This document shows positions 37,300 through 46,919 of a stretch of DNA of 64,000 nt, piece by piece. Position numbers and translations under genes: made by a program. This DNA is from an uncultured delta proteobacterium (GTDB lineage: Bacteria; Myxococcota_A; UBA9160; SZUA-336). Location: contig CAVPHD010000006.1 in NCBI GenBank assembly GCA_963704165.1, positions 64,001 through 128,000 of the forward strand. Direction: 5' to 3'. Below the pieces are notes generated by a model that ran no database searches, had not been told where the DNA came from, and saw only the letters and a list, made by a program, of their open reading frames with translations. How positions within the stretch are numbered: position 1 is the first letter of the stretch; every line of letters begins with the position of its first letter.

Positions 37300-38412
37300 A
37301 TGAATCTCGACTTTTCCGAGGATCAGAAGCTGCTGCAGAAGACCGCGCGCGATTTCCTGACCGAGCGCTCGCCCCTGCAGGTCGATCGCGACGTGCTCGA
37401 AAAGGGCGCGCACTGGAATGCCGAGCTGTGGAAGTCCGCCGCCGAGATGGGCTGGCAGGGCGCCACGATTCCCGAGGAGTACGGCGGCGCGGGCTTCGGC
37501 TACCTCGAGCTCGTGCTGATCGCACAGGAGCTCGGCCGCGCGCTCGCGCCGATCCCGTTCAGCTCCTCGGTCTATCTCGCGACCGAGGCCATTCTGCTCG
37601 CCGGCAACGATCAGCAGCGCAAGAAGTGGCTGCCCGCGCTCGCCGACGGCACGGCGATCGGTACGCTCGCGCTGGCCGAGGCGGCGGGCTTCCCGTCGCC
37701 GGCGAGCCTGAAGGCGGCACTTTCGGGCGGAAAGCTCAACGGCAAGAAGATCGCGGTGCCCGACGGCAACGTGGCGACGTTCGCCGTGGTCGCGGCGCGT
37801 TCCGGTGCCGGCGTCTCGCTCGCGCTCGTCGATCTCAAGGGCCCCGGCGTCACGCGGACCGCGACCGAGTCGATCGACCCGACGCGCGCGTCGGCCGAGA
37901 TCAGCTTCAAGGACGCGCCCGCGGAGCTGCTCGGCGACGAGGGCCGAGGCTGGGAGCTGCTCGAGCGCGTGCTCGACCGCGCCGCCGTCATCCAGGCCTT
38001 CGAACAGCTCGGCGGCGCCGAGCGCGCGTTCGAGATCACGCGCGACTTCACGATGGGACGTTACGCGTTCGGCAGGCCGATCGCGTCGTTCCAGGCGTTG
38101 AAGCACCGCATGGCCGACATGTACGTCGCGATCGAGTTGGCGAAGTCGAACTGCTTCTGGGCCGCGTGGGCGCTCTCGGAGAACAACCCCGAGCTCGCGA
38201 TCGCCGCGCCGGCCGCGCGCGTTTCGGCGACGGAGGCCTTCGACACCACCGCCGTCGAGATGGTGCAGATGCACGGCGGGGTCGGCTTCACCTGGGAGTA
38301 CGACTGCCACCTGTTCTACCGGCGCGCGAAGCACCAGGCGGTCGCGCTTGGATCCCCCGCGCACTGGCGCGAGAAACTCGTTCAGCGTCTGATCGCAAAG
38401 CAAGCGGCCTGA
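37300..38412 (+). CDS. Acyl-CoA dehydrogenase family protein (PimD/FadE-like subunit)
   Basis: IPEEYGGAG, R.AFGRPIASFQALKH, QMHGGVGFTWEYD. Confidence 0.92.
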   Translation: MNLDFSEDQKLLQKTARDFLTERSPLQVDRDVLEKGAHWNAELWKSAAEMGWQGATIPEEYGGAGFGYLELVLIAQELGRALAPIPFSSSVYLATEAILLAGNDQQRKKWLPALADGTAIGTLALAEAAGFPSPASLKAALSGGKLNGKKIAVPDGNVATFAVVAARSGAGVSLALVDLKGPGVTRTATESIDPTRASAEISFKDAPAELLGDEGRGWELLERVLDRAAVIQAFEQLGGAERAFEITRDFTMGRYAFGRPIASFQALKHRMADMYVAIELAKSNCFWAAWALSENNPELAIAAPAARVSATEAFDTTAVEMVQMHGGVGFTWEYDCHLFYRRAKHQAVALGSPAHWREKLVQRLIAKQAA

Positions 38413-38426
38413 CAAGGAGACTCAAG

Positions 38427-39648
38427 ATGGACTTCAACGATACCCCGCAAGAAGCCGAGTTCCGGGCCGCCGCACGCGCGTTCCTCGACGAAGCACCGCA
38501 AGCCGCTCGCGCCGGGCGAAGCGAACTCGATGCTCTCCGAACGCGACGATCCGGACACGATCAAGGCCTCTCAGGCCTGGCAGGCCTGCAAGAAGGACAA
38601 CGGTTGGGCGTGCCTCACCTGGCCGAAGGAATTCGGCGGCCGCGACGCGACCGCGATCCAGTCGGTGATCTGGAACCAGGAAGAGGGAAAGTTCCAGGTT
38701 CCGCCGAACGTCTTCGGCATCGGCATCGGCATGCTCGGCCCCACGATCATGTCGCACGGCACGCCCGAGCAGAAGTCAGCGCACCTCGAGAAGATGGCGC
38801 GCGGCGACGAAATCTGGTGCCAGCTCTTCAGCGAGCCGTCCGCCGGATCCGACCTCGCGGGCCTGCGAACCTCCGCCGTGAAGAGCGGCGACACCTGGAC
38901 GATCAACGGCCAGAAGATCTGGACGACCGGCGCTCACTTCAGCAAGTGGGGCATGATCGTCACGCGCACCGATCCGACGGTCGCCAAGCACGCGGGGCTC
39001 ACCTACTTCATCGTCGACATGAAGGCGCCCGGCATCGAGATCCGCCCGATCAAGCAGATCAACGGCGGCAGCGGCTTCAACGAGGTGTTCTTCAGCGACG
39101 TGAAGGTTCCCGATTCGTACCGCGTCGGCCGCGTCGGCGACGGCTGGCGCGTCGCGTTGACCACGCTGATGAACGAGCGTGCGTCGATCGGCGCTGGCGG
39201 TGGCGGCTTCCGGGCCGACGATCTGATCCGGGTCGCGCGGGACGCCGAGCTGCACGGCCGCCCGGCGATCGAGGATGGAGCGGTTCGCCAGCAGATCGCG
39301 GATTTCTACATCCGCTCCTCGGGCCTGAAGTACACCGGCTATCGAACGCTGACCGCGCTCTCGAAGGGCACGACGCCCGGACCGGAGAGTTCGATCGGCA
39401 AGCTCGTCGGCGCGCCGCTGAACCAAGAGCTCGCGTCGTTCGCGATCGAGCTGCAGGGTTTCGCCGGCTCGGCGCAGGGCGACGCGCAGGACGCGTACCT
39501 CGGCTCGCCGGGTCTGCGGATCGCCGGCGGAACCGACGAGATCCTGCGGAACATCCTCGCGGAGCGCGTGCTGCGGCTGCCCCCGGAGCCGCGGCTCGAC
39601 AAGGACACGGCCTTCCGCGACGTCCCGACGGGCCCGCCGACGAAGTGA
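38427..39648 (+). CDS. Acyl-CoA dehydrogenase family protein (PimC/FadE-like subunit; frameshift near 38490)
   Basis: AAGGAG SD plus MDFNDTPQEAEFR; WCQLFSEPSAGSDLA, NGQKIWT, FNEVFF, IAGGTDEI.RN. Confidence 0.92.
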
Positions 39649-39661
39649 GCGCACACCCCGC

Positions 39662-42067
39662 TTGATCCTGATCGATGAGCGCGCGCGAACGCTCGCGCTC
39701 GGCGTCGACGACCTGATCGACGCGGGGCCTTCGGGCGCCGCGTACCGGATGTCCGATCCGGTGCGCGCGCGGATCGAGGCGCGCGTCCGCGAGAGCTGGG
39801 TGGGCGACGCGCGCTCCGCCGTGCCGCTTCGCGCGGAGCTCGATTGGCGCGGCTTTCGCGTCGCGCTCGACGGGCGCGCGGACGTCCTGCGCAGCAGCCC
39901 GCGCGGCGTGCGGATCGAGGCGCTGCGTTTCCTCCCCGACGACGATCCGGAGACGAGCTCCCGGCGCGCGATCGAACGCGCGGGGTTCGCTTCGCTGCTC
40001 GTCGCGCTCGCCGGAGACCGGGTGGCCGGCGCATCCGCCGTCGCGCTCTCGCTCGTCGGGGCGCCGGCCTCGCGCGAACGCGTGTCCTTCGCGCACGAGG
40101 CCTGGGCCGCGAAGCTCGACGAGCGGCTCGAACGCATCGCGCGCAGCGCGCAGCTCGAGGCGAAGAACGACGTCGCCCGTCGGGAGTTCGAGCCCGCGTT
40201 CCCGTTCGCGTCGGCGCGTCCGGTGCAGGAGGACCTCGTCCGCGAGATCGACGGCGCCGCAGCCTCTGGGCTGGTTCTGCTCTGCTCGGCACCGACCGGC
40301 GTCGGCAAGACCGCGGCGGCGTTGTACCCGTTCCTCGCGCGTGCGCTGCGGGAGGATCGCCGCGTCTTCTTCGTCACGTCGAAGACCTCGCAGCAGGAGC
40401 TCGCGCTCGAGACGCTGCGCCGCATGCTCTCGCCCGGCTGTGGCGCGCTCGCGGTGCAGATCTCGGCGAAGGACCGCGTCTGTCCGCAAGCGGAACTCGG
40501 TTGCGCGGAGGGCCGCTGTCCGTGGCAAGCGGACTTCGGCGATCGGCTCACGGCGACCGGGCTCTCGGACGCCCTCGCACGCGAGGGCGTGGTCACCGCC
40601 GAGCAGATGGCCACGCGCGCACGCGTGCATCATCTCTGTCCGTTCGAGACGAGCCTCGCGCTCGCGATGCGCGCGAGCGTCGTCGTCTGCGATTTCAACT
40701 ACGTCTTCGACCCGCGTGTCTACCTGCGGCGCTTCTTCGACGTTTCGGACGGACGTGATCTCTTGATCGTCGACGAGGCGCACAACCTCGCGGAGCGCGC
40801 CCAGGGTTACTTCTCCCCCGACCTCGATCTCGTCCGACTCGACGCGCTCGCGGAGCGCTGCGTCCTGCTGCCGGAGCCCGCCTACCAGCGCGCGGGAGAG
40901 CTCTTGCGCGAGGTCGCGGCACACTGCCGAGCGATCGCGAAGCGGCTCGGCGAAGAACGGCCCGACGACGGTCCCTGGGTCGAGCCACCGGCGCGGGGAT
41001 TCTGGGAGCCGATCGAGGAGGCCGCGTGCGCATCGCTGCTCGAGACCCAGGCGCAGGCGGCGTCCGAGGAACGGCGACCGGACGTGCTCGCCCCCGTGCG
41101 CGAGGGGCGCGACGGACGGCTTCGCGATCCGCTGCGCTCCGCGCTCGCGCTCGTGCGCGAATTCGCGCACGGCTCGGAGAGCGACGACCCGTCCCGTTTC
41201 GCGGCGCTCTGGTCGCCCGATCGCGCCAAGCGTCTGTGTCTCGATCCCGCTCCGTGGCTCGGCGAGCGCATCCGCTCGTTTCACGCCGCGGTGCTGATGA
41301 GCGCGACGCTCTCGCCGCTCGACTTCCACGCCCGCTCGCTCGGCGTCGATGCGCCGAGCACCGTGCAGCTCGATCTGCCCTCGCCGTTCCCGCGCGAGAA
41401 CCGGCTGATCGTCGCCGTCGATTCGGTCGATACCCGCTTCCGGGTGCGCTCGGAGCACGCCGCATCGATCGCAGATCTGATCGCGCGCGGCGTGCGCACA
41501 CGGCGCGGCAACTGGCTCGCGTTCTTTCCGAGCTTCGCCTACCGCGACGAGGTCGTGGCGAAGCTCCCGCGCGGCGAGCATCGCGTCTTGCTTCAGCTTC
41601 CCGGCATGCCGATCGAGCCGCTGCTCTCGAAGCTGCGAGCGAATCGCAGCGAGACCCTGCTCGTCTGTGCGGTTCACGGCGGGCTCCTGGCAGAGGGCGT
41701 GGACTACCCCGGCGAAACCGCGATCGGCGTCTTCGTCGTCGGTCCTGCGCTCCCGAAGGTGGAGCCGGAGCGAGAGCTCGTGCGCGCCTTCTTCGAGTCG
41801 GAGCTCGAATCCGGATTCGACCATGCCTACCTGCTTCCGGGACTCGCGCGCGCCGTGCAGTCCGCGGGTCGCGTGCTGCGCTCGGCCGACGACGTGGCGG
41901 CGATCGTGCTCGTCGACCGGCGCTTCTGCGAGCCACGCTACCGCGACCGCCTGCCGGTCTGGATTCGAGACGAACTCGTGCAGGTTTCCGACCCGGTACC
42001 CGCGCTCGAAGCCTTCTGGCAGCGAAGCGGCCGAGCGCCGCGAGTTTTGCCACATTCCCGCGCGTGA
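39662..42067 (+). CDS. DinG/XPD/YoaA-like Fe-S DNA helicase; start uncertain
   Basis: APTGVGKT, four Cys (C..C..C..CPFE), DFNYVFDP, DEAHNL, SATL, EGVDY, QSAGRV.R. Confidence 0.9.
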   Translation: MILIDERARTLALGVDDLIDAGPSGAAYRMSDPVRARIEARVRESWVGDARSAVPLRAELDWRGFRVALDGRADVLRSSPRGVRIEALRFLPDDDPETSSRRAIERAGFASLLVALAGDRVAGASAVALSLVGAPASRERVSFAHEAWAAKLDERLERIARSAQLEAKNDVARREFEPAFPFASARPVQEDLVREIDGAAASGLVLLCSAPTGVGKTAAALYPFLARALREDRRVFFVTSKTSQQELALETLRRMLSPGCGALAVQISAKDRVCPQAELGCAEGRCPWQADFGDRLTATGLSDALAREGVVTAEQMATRARVHHLCPFETSLALAMRASVVVCDFNYVFDPRVYLRRFFDVSDGRDLLIVDEAHNLAERAQGYFSPDLDLVRLDALAERCVLLPEPAYQRAGELLREVAAHCRAIAKRLGEERPDDGPWVEPPARGFWEPIEEAACASLLETQAQAASEERRPDVLAPVREGRDGRLRDPLRSALALVREFAHGSESDDPSRFAALWSPDRAKRLCLDPAPWLGERIRSFHAAVLMSATLSPLDFHARSLGVDAPSTVQLDLPSPFPRENRLIVAVDSVDTRFRVRSEHAASIADLIARGVRTRRGNWLAFFPSFAYRDEVVAKLPRGEHRVLLQLPGMPIEPLLSKLRANRSETLLVCAVHGGLLAEGVDYPGETAIGVFVVGPALPKVEPERELVRAFFESELESGFDHAYLLPGLARAVQSAGRVLRSADDVAAIVLVDRRFCEPRYRDRLPVWIRDELVQVSDPVPALEAFWQRSGRAPRVLPHSRA

Positions 42068-43272
42068 GAAGCCTGGCCTCGACCGTCGCGATCGTGCTCG
42101 CGCTCACCGGCTATCTCGAGTTCGCCTGGCCGCCCTTCTACGACTTTCCGCCCGAGCAGTCCTTCCGCGGCGAGCACTGGTACCAGCCGTATTCCGGCTA
42201 CGACGGTGGAGGCCTTCTCGCCAACTTCCACGCCCACTCCGATCCGTGGGGTGGGCTGACGTTCGGCGAGGTCTCACGCGAGGAGCTCTTCGCGCTGTAC
42301 GCGGACCGCGGCTACGACCTGGTCGGAGTCAGCGACTACATGAGCATCGCGCCGAAGCTGCCCGGCGACGCGCTCTACCTCTCGGCCTACGAGCACGGTT
42401 ACACGCCCGGACGACACCACCAGACCGTGATCGGCGCCTCGAGCGTCGACTGGTTCGACTACCCGTCCGGCGGAAGCGCACGGCAGAAGCAGCACGTGAT
42501 CGACAGGCTTCGTCCCGAATCGGAATTCCTCGTGCTGAACCACCTCGGCAAGGCCGGTTCGTACTCCAATTCCGACCTCGCGCAAATGACGGACTACGAC
42601 GCGATCGAGGTCGCGAGCAAGTACGGAACCTCGGCCACATTCTGGGATTCTGCGCTCTCCGCGGGGCGCCCGATCTGGGGCATGGCGAGCGACGACGGTC
42701 ACACGCAGCGATCGAGGCCGAGTCACATCGGAATCGGAGCCGTTCGGATTCACGCCGACGAGCGCACGCCGGAGGCCGTGCTGCGCGCGTTGCGTCAGGG
42801 TCGCTTCCATTCGATCTTCACGCGCGAGAACCAGCCCGCGATCGAGCTTCTGCGCTGCGAGATCGAGGACGGCGAATTGGTGGTGAGAGTCGGCGAACGA
42901 GCCGACACGATTCGCTTCGTCTCCGACCGCGGCGAGGTGCGTCGCGAGGAGCGCGGACGGGACGAAGCGCGGTATCGACTGGCGGCGACCGATCCGTACG
43001 TGCGCGTGGAGGTGCACGCGCGCGGTGCTTCGCTCTTCTTGAATCCGGTGCTGCGCTGGGACGGCGTCGCGCTCCCGACGGAACGCGCGCTCCTTCGACC
43101 GCTCCCCACCTGGACCGTGCGCGCGCTCGGCGCTCTGGTGCTCGTGTTCGTCGCAGGACTCAGCGTTCGCTGGGCTCGAGCCGGGAGCGGAAGAGCAGGT
43201 ACTCGGAGTCGCGTTCGAGGATCTCGAGCCGCTCCCTCGCTGGAAACCGCGCGAGGATCGGATCGCTCGTGA
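42064..43272 (+). CDS. Membrane-anchored PHP-fold metallohydrolase
   Basis: N- and C-terminal hydrophobic segments; NFHAHS, SDY, YEHG, LNH, SDDGH. Confidence 0.75.
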   Translation: MRSLASTVAIVLALTGYLEFAWPPFYDFPPEQSFRGEHWYQPYSGYDGGGLLANFHAHSDPWGGLTFGEVSREELFALYADRGYDLVGVSDYMSIAPKLPGDALYLSAYEHGYTPGRHHQTVIGASSVDWFDYPSGGSARQKQHVIDRLRPESEFLVLNHLGKAGSYSNSDLAQMTDYDAIEVASKYGTSATFWDSALSAGRPIWGMASDDGHTQRSRPSHIGIGAVRIHADERTPEAVLRALRQGRFHSIFTRENQPAIELLRCEIEDGELVVRVGERADTIRFVSDRGEVRREERGRDEARYRLAATDPYVRVEVHARGASLFLNPVLRWDGVALPTERALLRPLPTWTVRALGALVLVFVAGLSVRWARAGSGRAGTRSRVRGSRAAPSLETARGSDRS

Positions 43273-44824
43273 TCCCGATCCGCCCACTCGTCGAGCCGAA
43301 GAGCAGCGTCGCCGTCCGCATCCCGTCCGTGGCTCTCGCGTAGTCGGCTCTGCGGTCGGCGTAGAAGCAGACACTCGGCCGGTTTCGCAGCCCGAGCAGG
43401 ACGATCGGCTCGGATTCGGGCACCCGGTCCGCCGCACGCTCTGCGAGCCTGCGAAGCGGCGCTCCGAATCGATCGTCCACGCGCGGCAGGGCGACCTGAA
43501 ACAGAATCACGTAGGTGGCGGTGAATCCGATCGCGAGCATGGCGAAGACCCGCGCGATCTGCCGGGTTCGGAACGCGGCCCACGCCGCCACGGACGCGGC
43601 CACGAGCGCGAGCGCGGTGAGAGCCGGACCTGCGCCGAGCGAGAACGGCTGTGCGAGTCCCGACCTCTCGGACGCGCGCTCCGACAGGAGTCCGGGCAAG
43701 AGCGCCGCCGGAAGCAGCGGCAGCAGCGCGAGCGCAAGCGCGACCAGGAACGAGGTCGCAAGCACCACGCCGAGCGAGATCGCGAAGCCGCGGTCGCTCT
43801 CGCGCTCGTCCGCGCGCGCGAAGAGATCTCCAAGGAGCAACGCGAATCCGGGAAGCGCGGGCGCGAGGTAGTTGGGAAGCTTGGTCGCCGCGATCGAGAA
43901 GAACACGAAGACCAATGCGCTGAAGAGCGCGAACAAGCGCAGGAACGCCGCGGCGTCGTCACGTCCACGCAGCCGTGCGCGCGCGAACGCGAGTGGAAGG
44001 AACGGACTCCACGGGAGCATTCCGACCGCGAGCACCGGAACGTAGAAGAGCACCGAGCCCGAGTGCCCCTGCATCGGCGCGGAGAAGCGACCGACGTGGT
44101 GCTCGAGAAAGAGCTCTCGCATGAAGTCGAAGCCGCCGGGCTGCGTGAGCCCGAGCAGCAGGTACCACGAGAATCCGAGTCCGAGCACGAGGACTCCGGC
44201 GAGCGCAATCCACGTCGGCCGAAACGCCTCGCGCAGACGGCCGAGCGTGAAGAGCTGCACGAGCGCGACCGCGCCCGGCAACAGCGCTCCGATCGCTCCT
44301 TTGGTCAGGATCGCGAGCGCCGAAGCGACGCAAGCCAACGCGAGCCAGCCCAGCCCCCGCGCGGGCGCCCGGAACGCGCGGTCGAGCGCGCCGATGCAGA
44401 TCGTGAACCAGAGCACCAGGAGCCCATCGGTGAAGGCGATCCGGGAGAGCGCGGCGATCTCGAGCGAGGTCGCGAGAGCGAACGCTGCGTACAACGCCGC
44501 GCGCCTCCCGAGCGGACCGCGCGCAAACCCGTACAGCACGAACGGTGTCAGGGCGCCCGCGAGAGCCGTGCCGATCCGAGCACCGAGCTCGCCCACGCCG
44601 AACACGGCGAAGCCGACCGCCTGCACCCAGTAGAGCAGCGGCGGTTTCTCGAAGAACGTCTCGCCGCACAGACGAGGCACGAGCCAGTCGCCGCTCGCCC
44701 ACATCGCGCGCGCGACCTCGGCGTAGGCCGCCTCGTCGTAGTCCACGAGTCCGATCGAGCGCAGTCCGAGAATTCCGAACAGACCGACCAGCCCGAGCGC
44801 GGCGAGCCATCCGACGTCTCTCAT
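43160..44824 (-). CDS. ArnT-like glycosyltransferase (GT39/GT83)
   Basis: DYDEAAYAEVARAM..SGDW.VP, FEKPPL.YW, LTKG, LPWSPF, TKLPNY. Confidence 0.9.
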   Translation of the reverse strand: MRDVGWLAALGLVGLFGILGLRSIGLVDYDEAAYAEVARAMWASGDWLVPRLCGETFFEKPPLLYWVQAVGFAVFGVGELGARIGTALAGALTPFVLYGFARGPLGRRAALYAAFALATSLEIAALSRIAFTDGLLVLWFTICIGALDRAFRAPARGLGWLALACVASALAILTKGAIGALLPGAVALVQLFTLGRLREAFRPTWIALAGVLVLGLGFSWYLLLGLTQPGGFDFMRELFLEHHVGRFSAPMQGHSGSVLFYVPVLAVGMLPWSPFLPLAFARARLRGRDDAAAFLRLFALFSALVFVFFSIAATKLPNYLAPALPGFALLLGDLFARADERESDRGFAISLGVVLATSFLVALALALLPLLPAALLPGLLSERASERSGLAQPFSLGAGPALTALALVAASVAAWAAFRTRQIARVFAMLAIGFTATYVILFQVALPRVDDRFGAPLRRLAERAADRVPESEPIVLLGLRNRPSVCFYADRRADYARATDGMRTATLLFGSTSGRIGITSDPILARFPARERLEILERDSEYLLFRSRLEPSER

Positions 44825-44891
44825 CGCAAGCGCGAACCCCCGGCGTGCGGCGCAGCATAGTCGATCATGTCCGGGTACGCTCCGGATCGCG

Positions 44892-45644
44892 ATGCTGATC
44901 CCGATCCCCGACCTGCTGCGCGCGCGGCGCCTGCTCTGCATTCAGCCCCACTACGACGACAACGACATCGGTGCGGGCGGAACGATTGCGAGACTGTCTC
45001 GAGCCGGCGCGGAGGTGCACTACCTGACGGTGACCGACGACGTCGTGGGCGTGCTCGATCGCGATCTCTCCGACGACGAAGCGCGTGCTCGCCTGCAAGC
45101 CGAGCAGGAGCGCGCCGGACGCGAGCTCGGAGTCGGTGCCCAGCACCGGCTCGGCTATCCGGACGCGGGCGAGTGGAGCGCGTTCACGCTGCGCCGCGAG
45201 GTGGTCCGGCACCTGCGCCTGCTGCGGCCCGACTTCGTGCTGACCGTCGATCCCTGGCTTCCCTATGAAGCCCACCAGGACCACGTGCGCACGGGCCTCG
45301 CGGTCGCGGAGGCCTGCCTGCTCTTCGGCCTGCCTCGATTCGCCAGCGGCGACGAGGCGCTCGACGCCGGATTCGAGCCGTTCCGGCTTCGCGGCCTCGG
45401 CTTCTACTTCAGCGCGGGCGCGAACACCGTCATCGACATCGGCGCGACGCGCGACCGGAAGCACCGCGCGCTCGACGCCTACACCGCACAGTTCACACCG
45501 GAGGGACTCGTGGCGCTGCACTCCGCGCTCGCGCAAAAGGAGCGCGCATGGGCGAGCGGACGGGGCTTCGAGTACGGTGAGGCGTTCAAGGTGCTCGCCC
45601 CCGGCCACCTGCACGTCAACCTCGACGCCGACGAGATGTTCTGA
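44892..45644 (+). CDS. PIG-L/LmbE family deacetylase
   Basis: QPHYDD...GAGGT, HQDH, K..AL.AY..QF. Confidence 0.88.
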   Translation: MLIPIPDLLRARRLLCIQPHYDDNDIGAGGTIARLSRAGAEVHYLTVTDDVVGVLDRDLSDDEARARLQAEQERAGRELGVGAQHRLGYPDAGEWSAFTLRREVVRHLRLLRPDFVLTVDPWLPYEAHQDHVRTGLAVAEACLLFGLPRFASGDEALDAGFEPFRLRGLGFYFSAGANTVIDIGATRDRKHRALDAYTAQFTPEGLVALHSALAQKERAWASGRGFEYGEAFKVLAPGHLHVNLDADEMF

Positions 45645-46825
45645 TGGATCCGATCTACCGCAGCCCGATCAACCGCGACGTGAGGCCCGCGCACGTCGGC
45701 GAGTTCGAGCCGCTTCGGATCGGCGACCTGTCGGTCTGGCCACCCGTCGTGCTCGCGCCGATGGCGGGTGTCACCAACGCGCCGTTTCGCGCGCTGTGCA
45801 GACGCTTCGGCGCGGGCCTGTACGTCTCCGAGATGATCACCGCGCGGGCGTTGGTCGAGGGAAACGAGAAGACGCTGCGGCTCGCCGGATTCAGCCCCGA
45901 GGAGAAGCCGCGCAGCCTGCAGCTCTACGGTGTCGATCCGTACTGGGTCGGCGAGGCGGTGGCCTGGCTCGTCGGCGAGGGACACGTCGATCACATCGAC
46001 ATGAACTTCGGCTGCCCGGTGCGCAAGGTGACACGGCGCGGTGGCGGTGCCGCGCTGCCGGCGAAGCCCCGCCTGCTGCGCAACATCGTGCGGGCGGCCG
46101 TCACGCGCGCGCGCGGCGTGCCGGTGACCTTGAAGTTCCGCATCGGCATCGACGACACGCACACCACGTTTCGCGACACCGGCCGGATCGCGGAGGAGGA
46201 AGGCTGCGCCGCCGTCGCGCTGCACGCGCGCACGGCCGAACAGCACTACGACGGCGACGCGCGCTGGGAGGCGATCGCCGAGCTGAAGTCGCTCGTGCGC
46301 GGAATTCCGGTGCTGGGAAACGGCGACATCTGGGAAGCGGAAGACGCCCTGCGCATGATGCGCACGACCGGCTGCGACGGCGTCGTGGTCGGCCGCGGTT
46401 GTCTCGGGCGACCGTGGCTCTTCCGCGACCTGGCCGACGTCTTCGACGGGCGCGAGCCGCAGAACCCACCGAACCTGGGCACCGTCGCCGACACCCTGTT
46501 GGAACACGCACGCCTGATCGCGAGCTGGTTTGGCGAGTCCTACGGCGTGCGCGGATTCCGCAAGCAGGCGACCTGGTACACGAAGGGCTTCCGCGACAGC
46601 AAGGTCCTGCGCGTGCGGCTCTGCGAGGTCGGCAGCGTGGCCGAACTCGAGGAGATTCTCGGCGGCATCGACCGGGACGAGCCCTTCGCGCCGCTCGCCA
46701 TGCGGGTCCCCCGCGGCAAGAGCGGAGGGGCTCGGCCGGTTGCGCTGCCCGAGGGCTATCTCGACGACCCAGACGACGACTCGCCGCCGGGCGCGGACGC
46801 GGAGGACGCGATCTCGGGCGGCTGA
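45644..46825 (+). CDS. dusB: tRNA-dihydrouridine synthase
   Basis: LAPMAGVT, IDMNFGCP, LHART, GNGDI, GRG.LGRPWLF. Confidence 0.93.
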   Translation: MDPIYRSPINRDVRPAHVGEFEPLRIGDLSVWPPVVLAPMAGVTNAPFRALCRRFGAGLYVSEMITARALVEGNEKTLRLAGFSPEEKPRSLQLYGVDPYWVGEAVAWLVGEGHVDHIDMNFGCPVRKVTRRGGGAALPAKPRLLRNIVRAAVTRARGVPVTLKFRIGIDDTHTTFRDTGRIAEEEGCAAVALHARTAEQHYDGDARWEAIAELKSLVRGIPVLGNGDIWEAEDALRMMRTTGCDGVVVGRGCLGRPWLFRDLADVFDGREPQNPPNLGTVADTLLEHARLIASWFGESYGVRGFRKQATWYTKGFRDSKVLRVRLCEVGSVAELEEILGGIDRDEPFAPLAMRVPRGKSGGARPVALPEGYLDDPDDDSPPGADAEDAISGG

Positions 46826-46919
46826 TGCTGCGCGCATCCTGCGCCTCTTCTGCACGCCTGACGCAGTCTTGTGGCCCCTTGGTCAAGGTTCGCCGAGGTG
46901 AAGCCGAATCGAGCGCGAG

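Noticed and set aside
39662..42067. Type IV CRISPR (CasDinG) or defence locus
   Set aside because: No repeat array or cas genes seen; neighbours are metabolic and envelope genes
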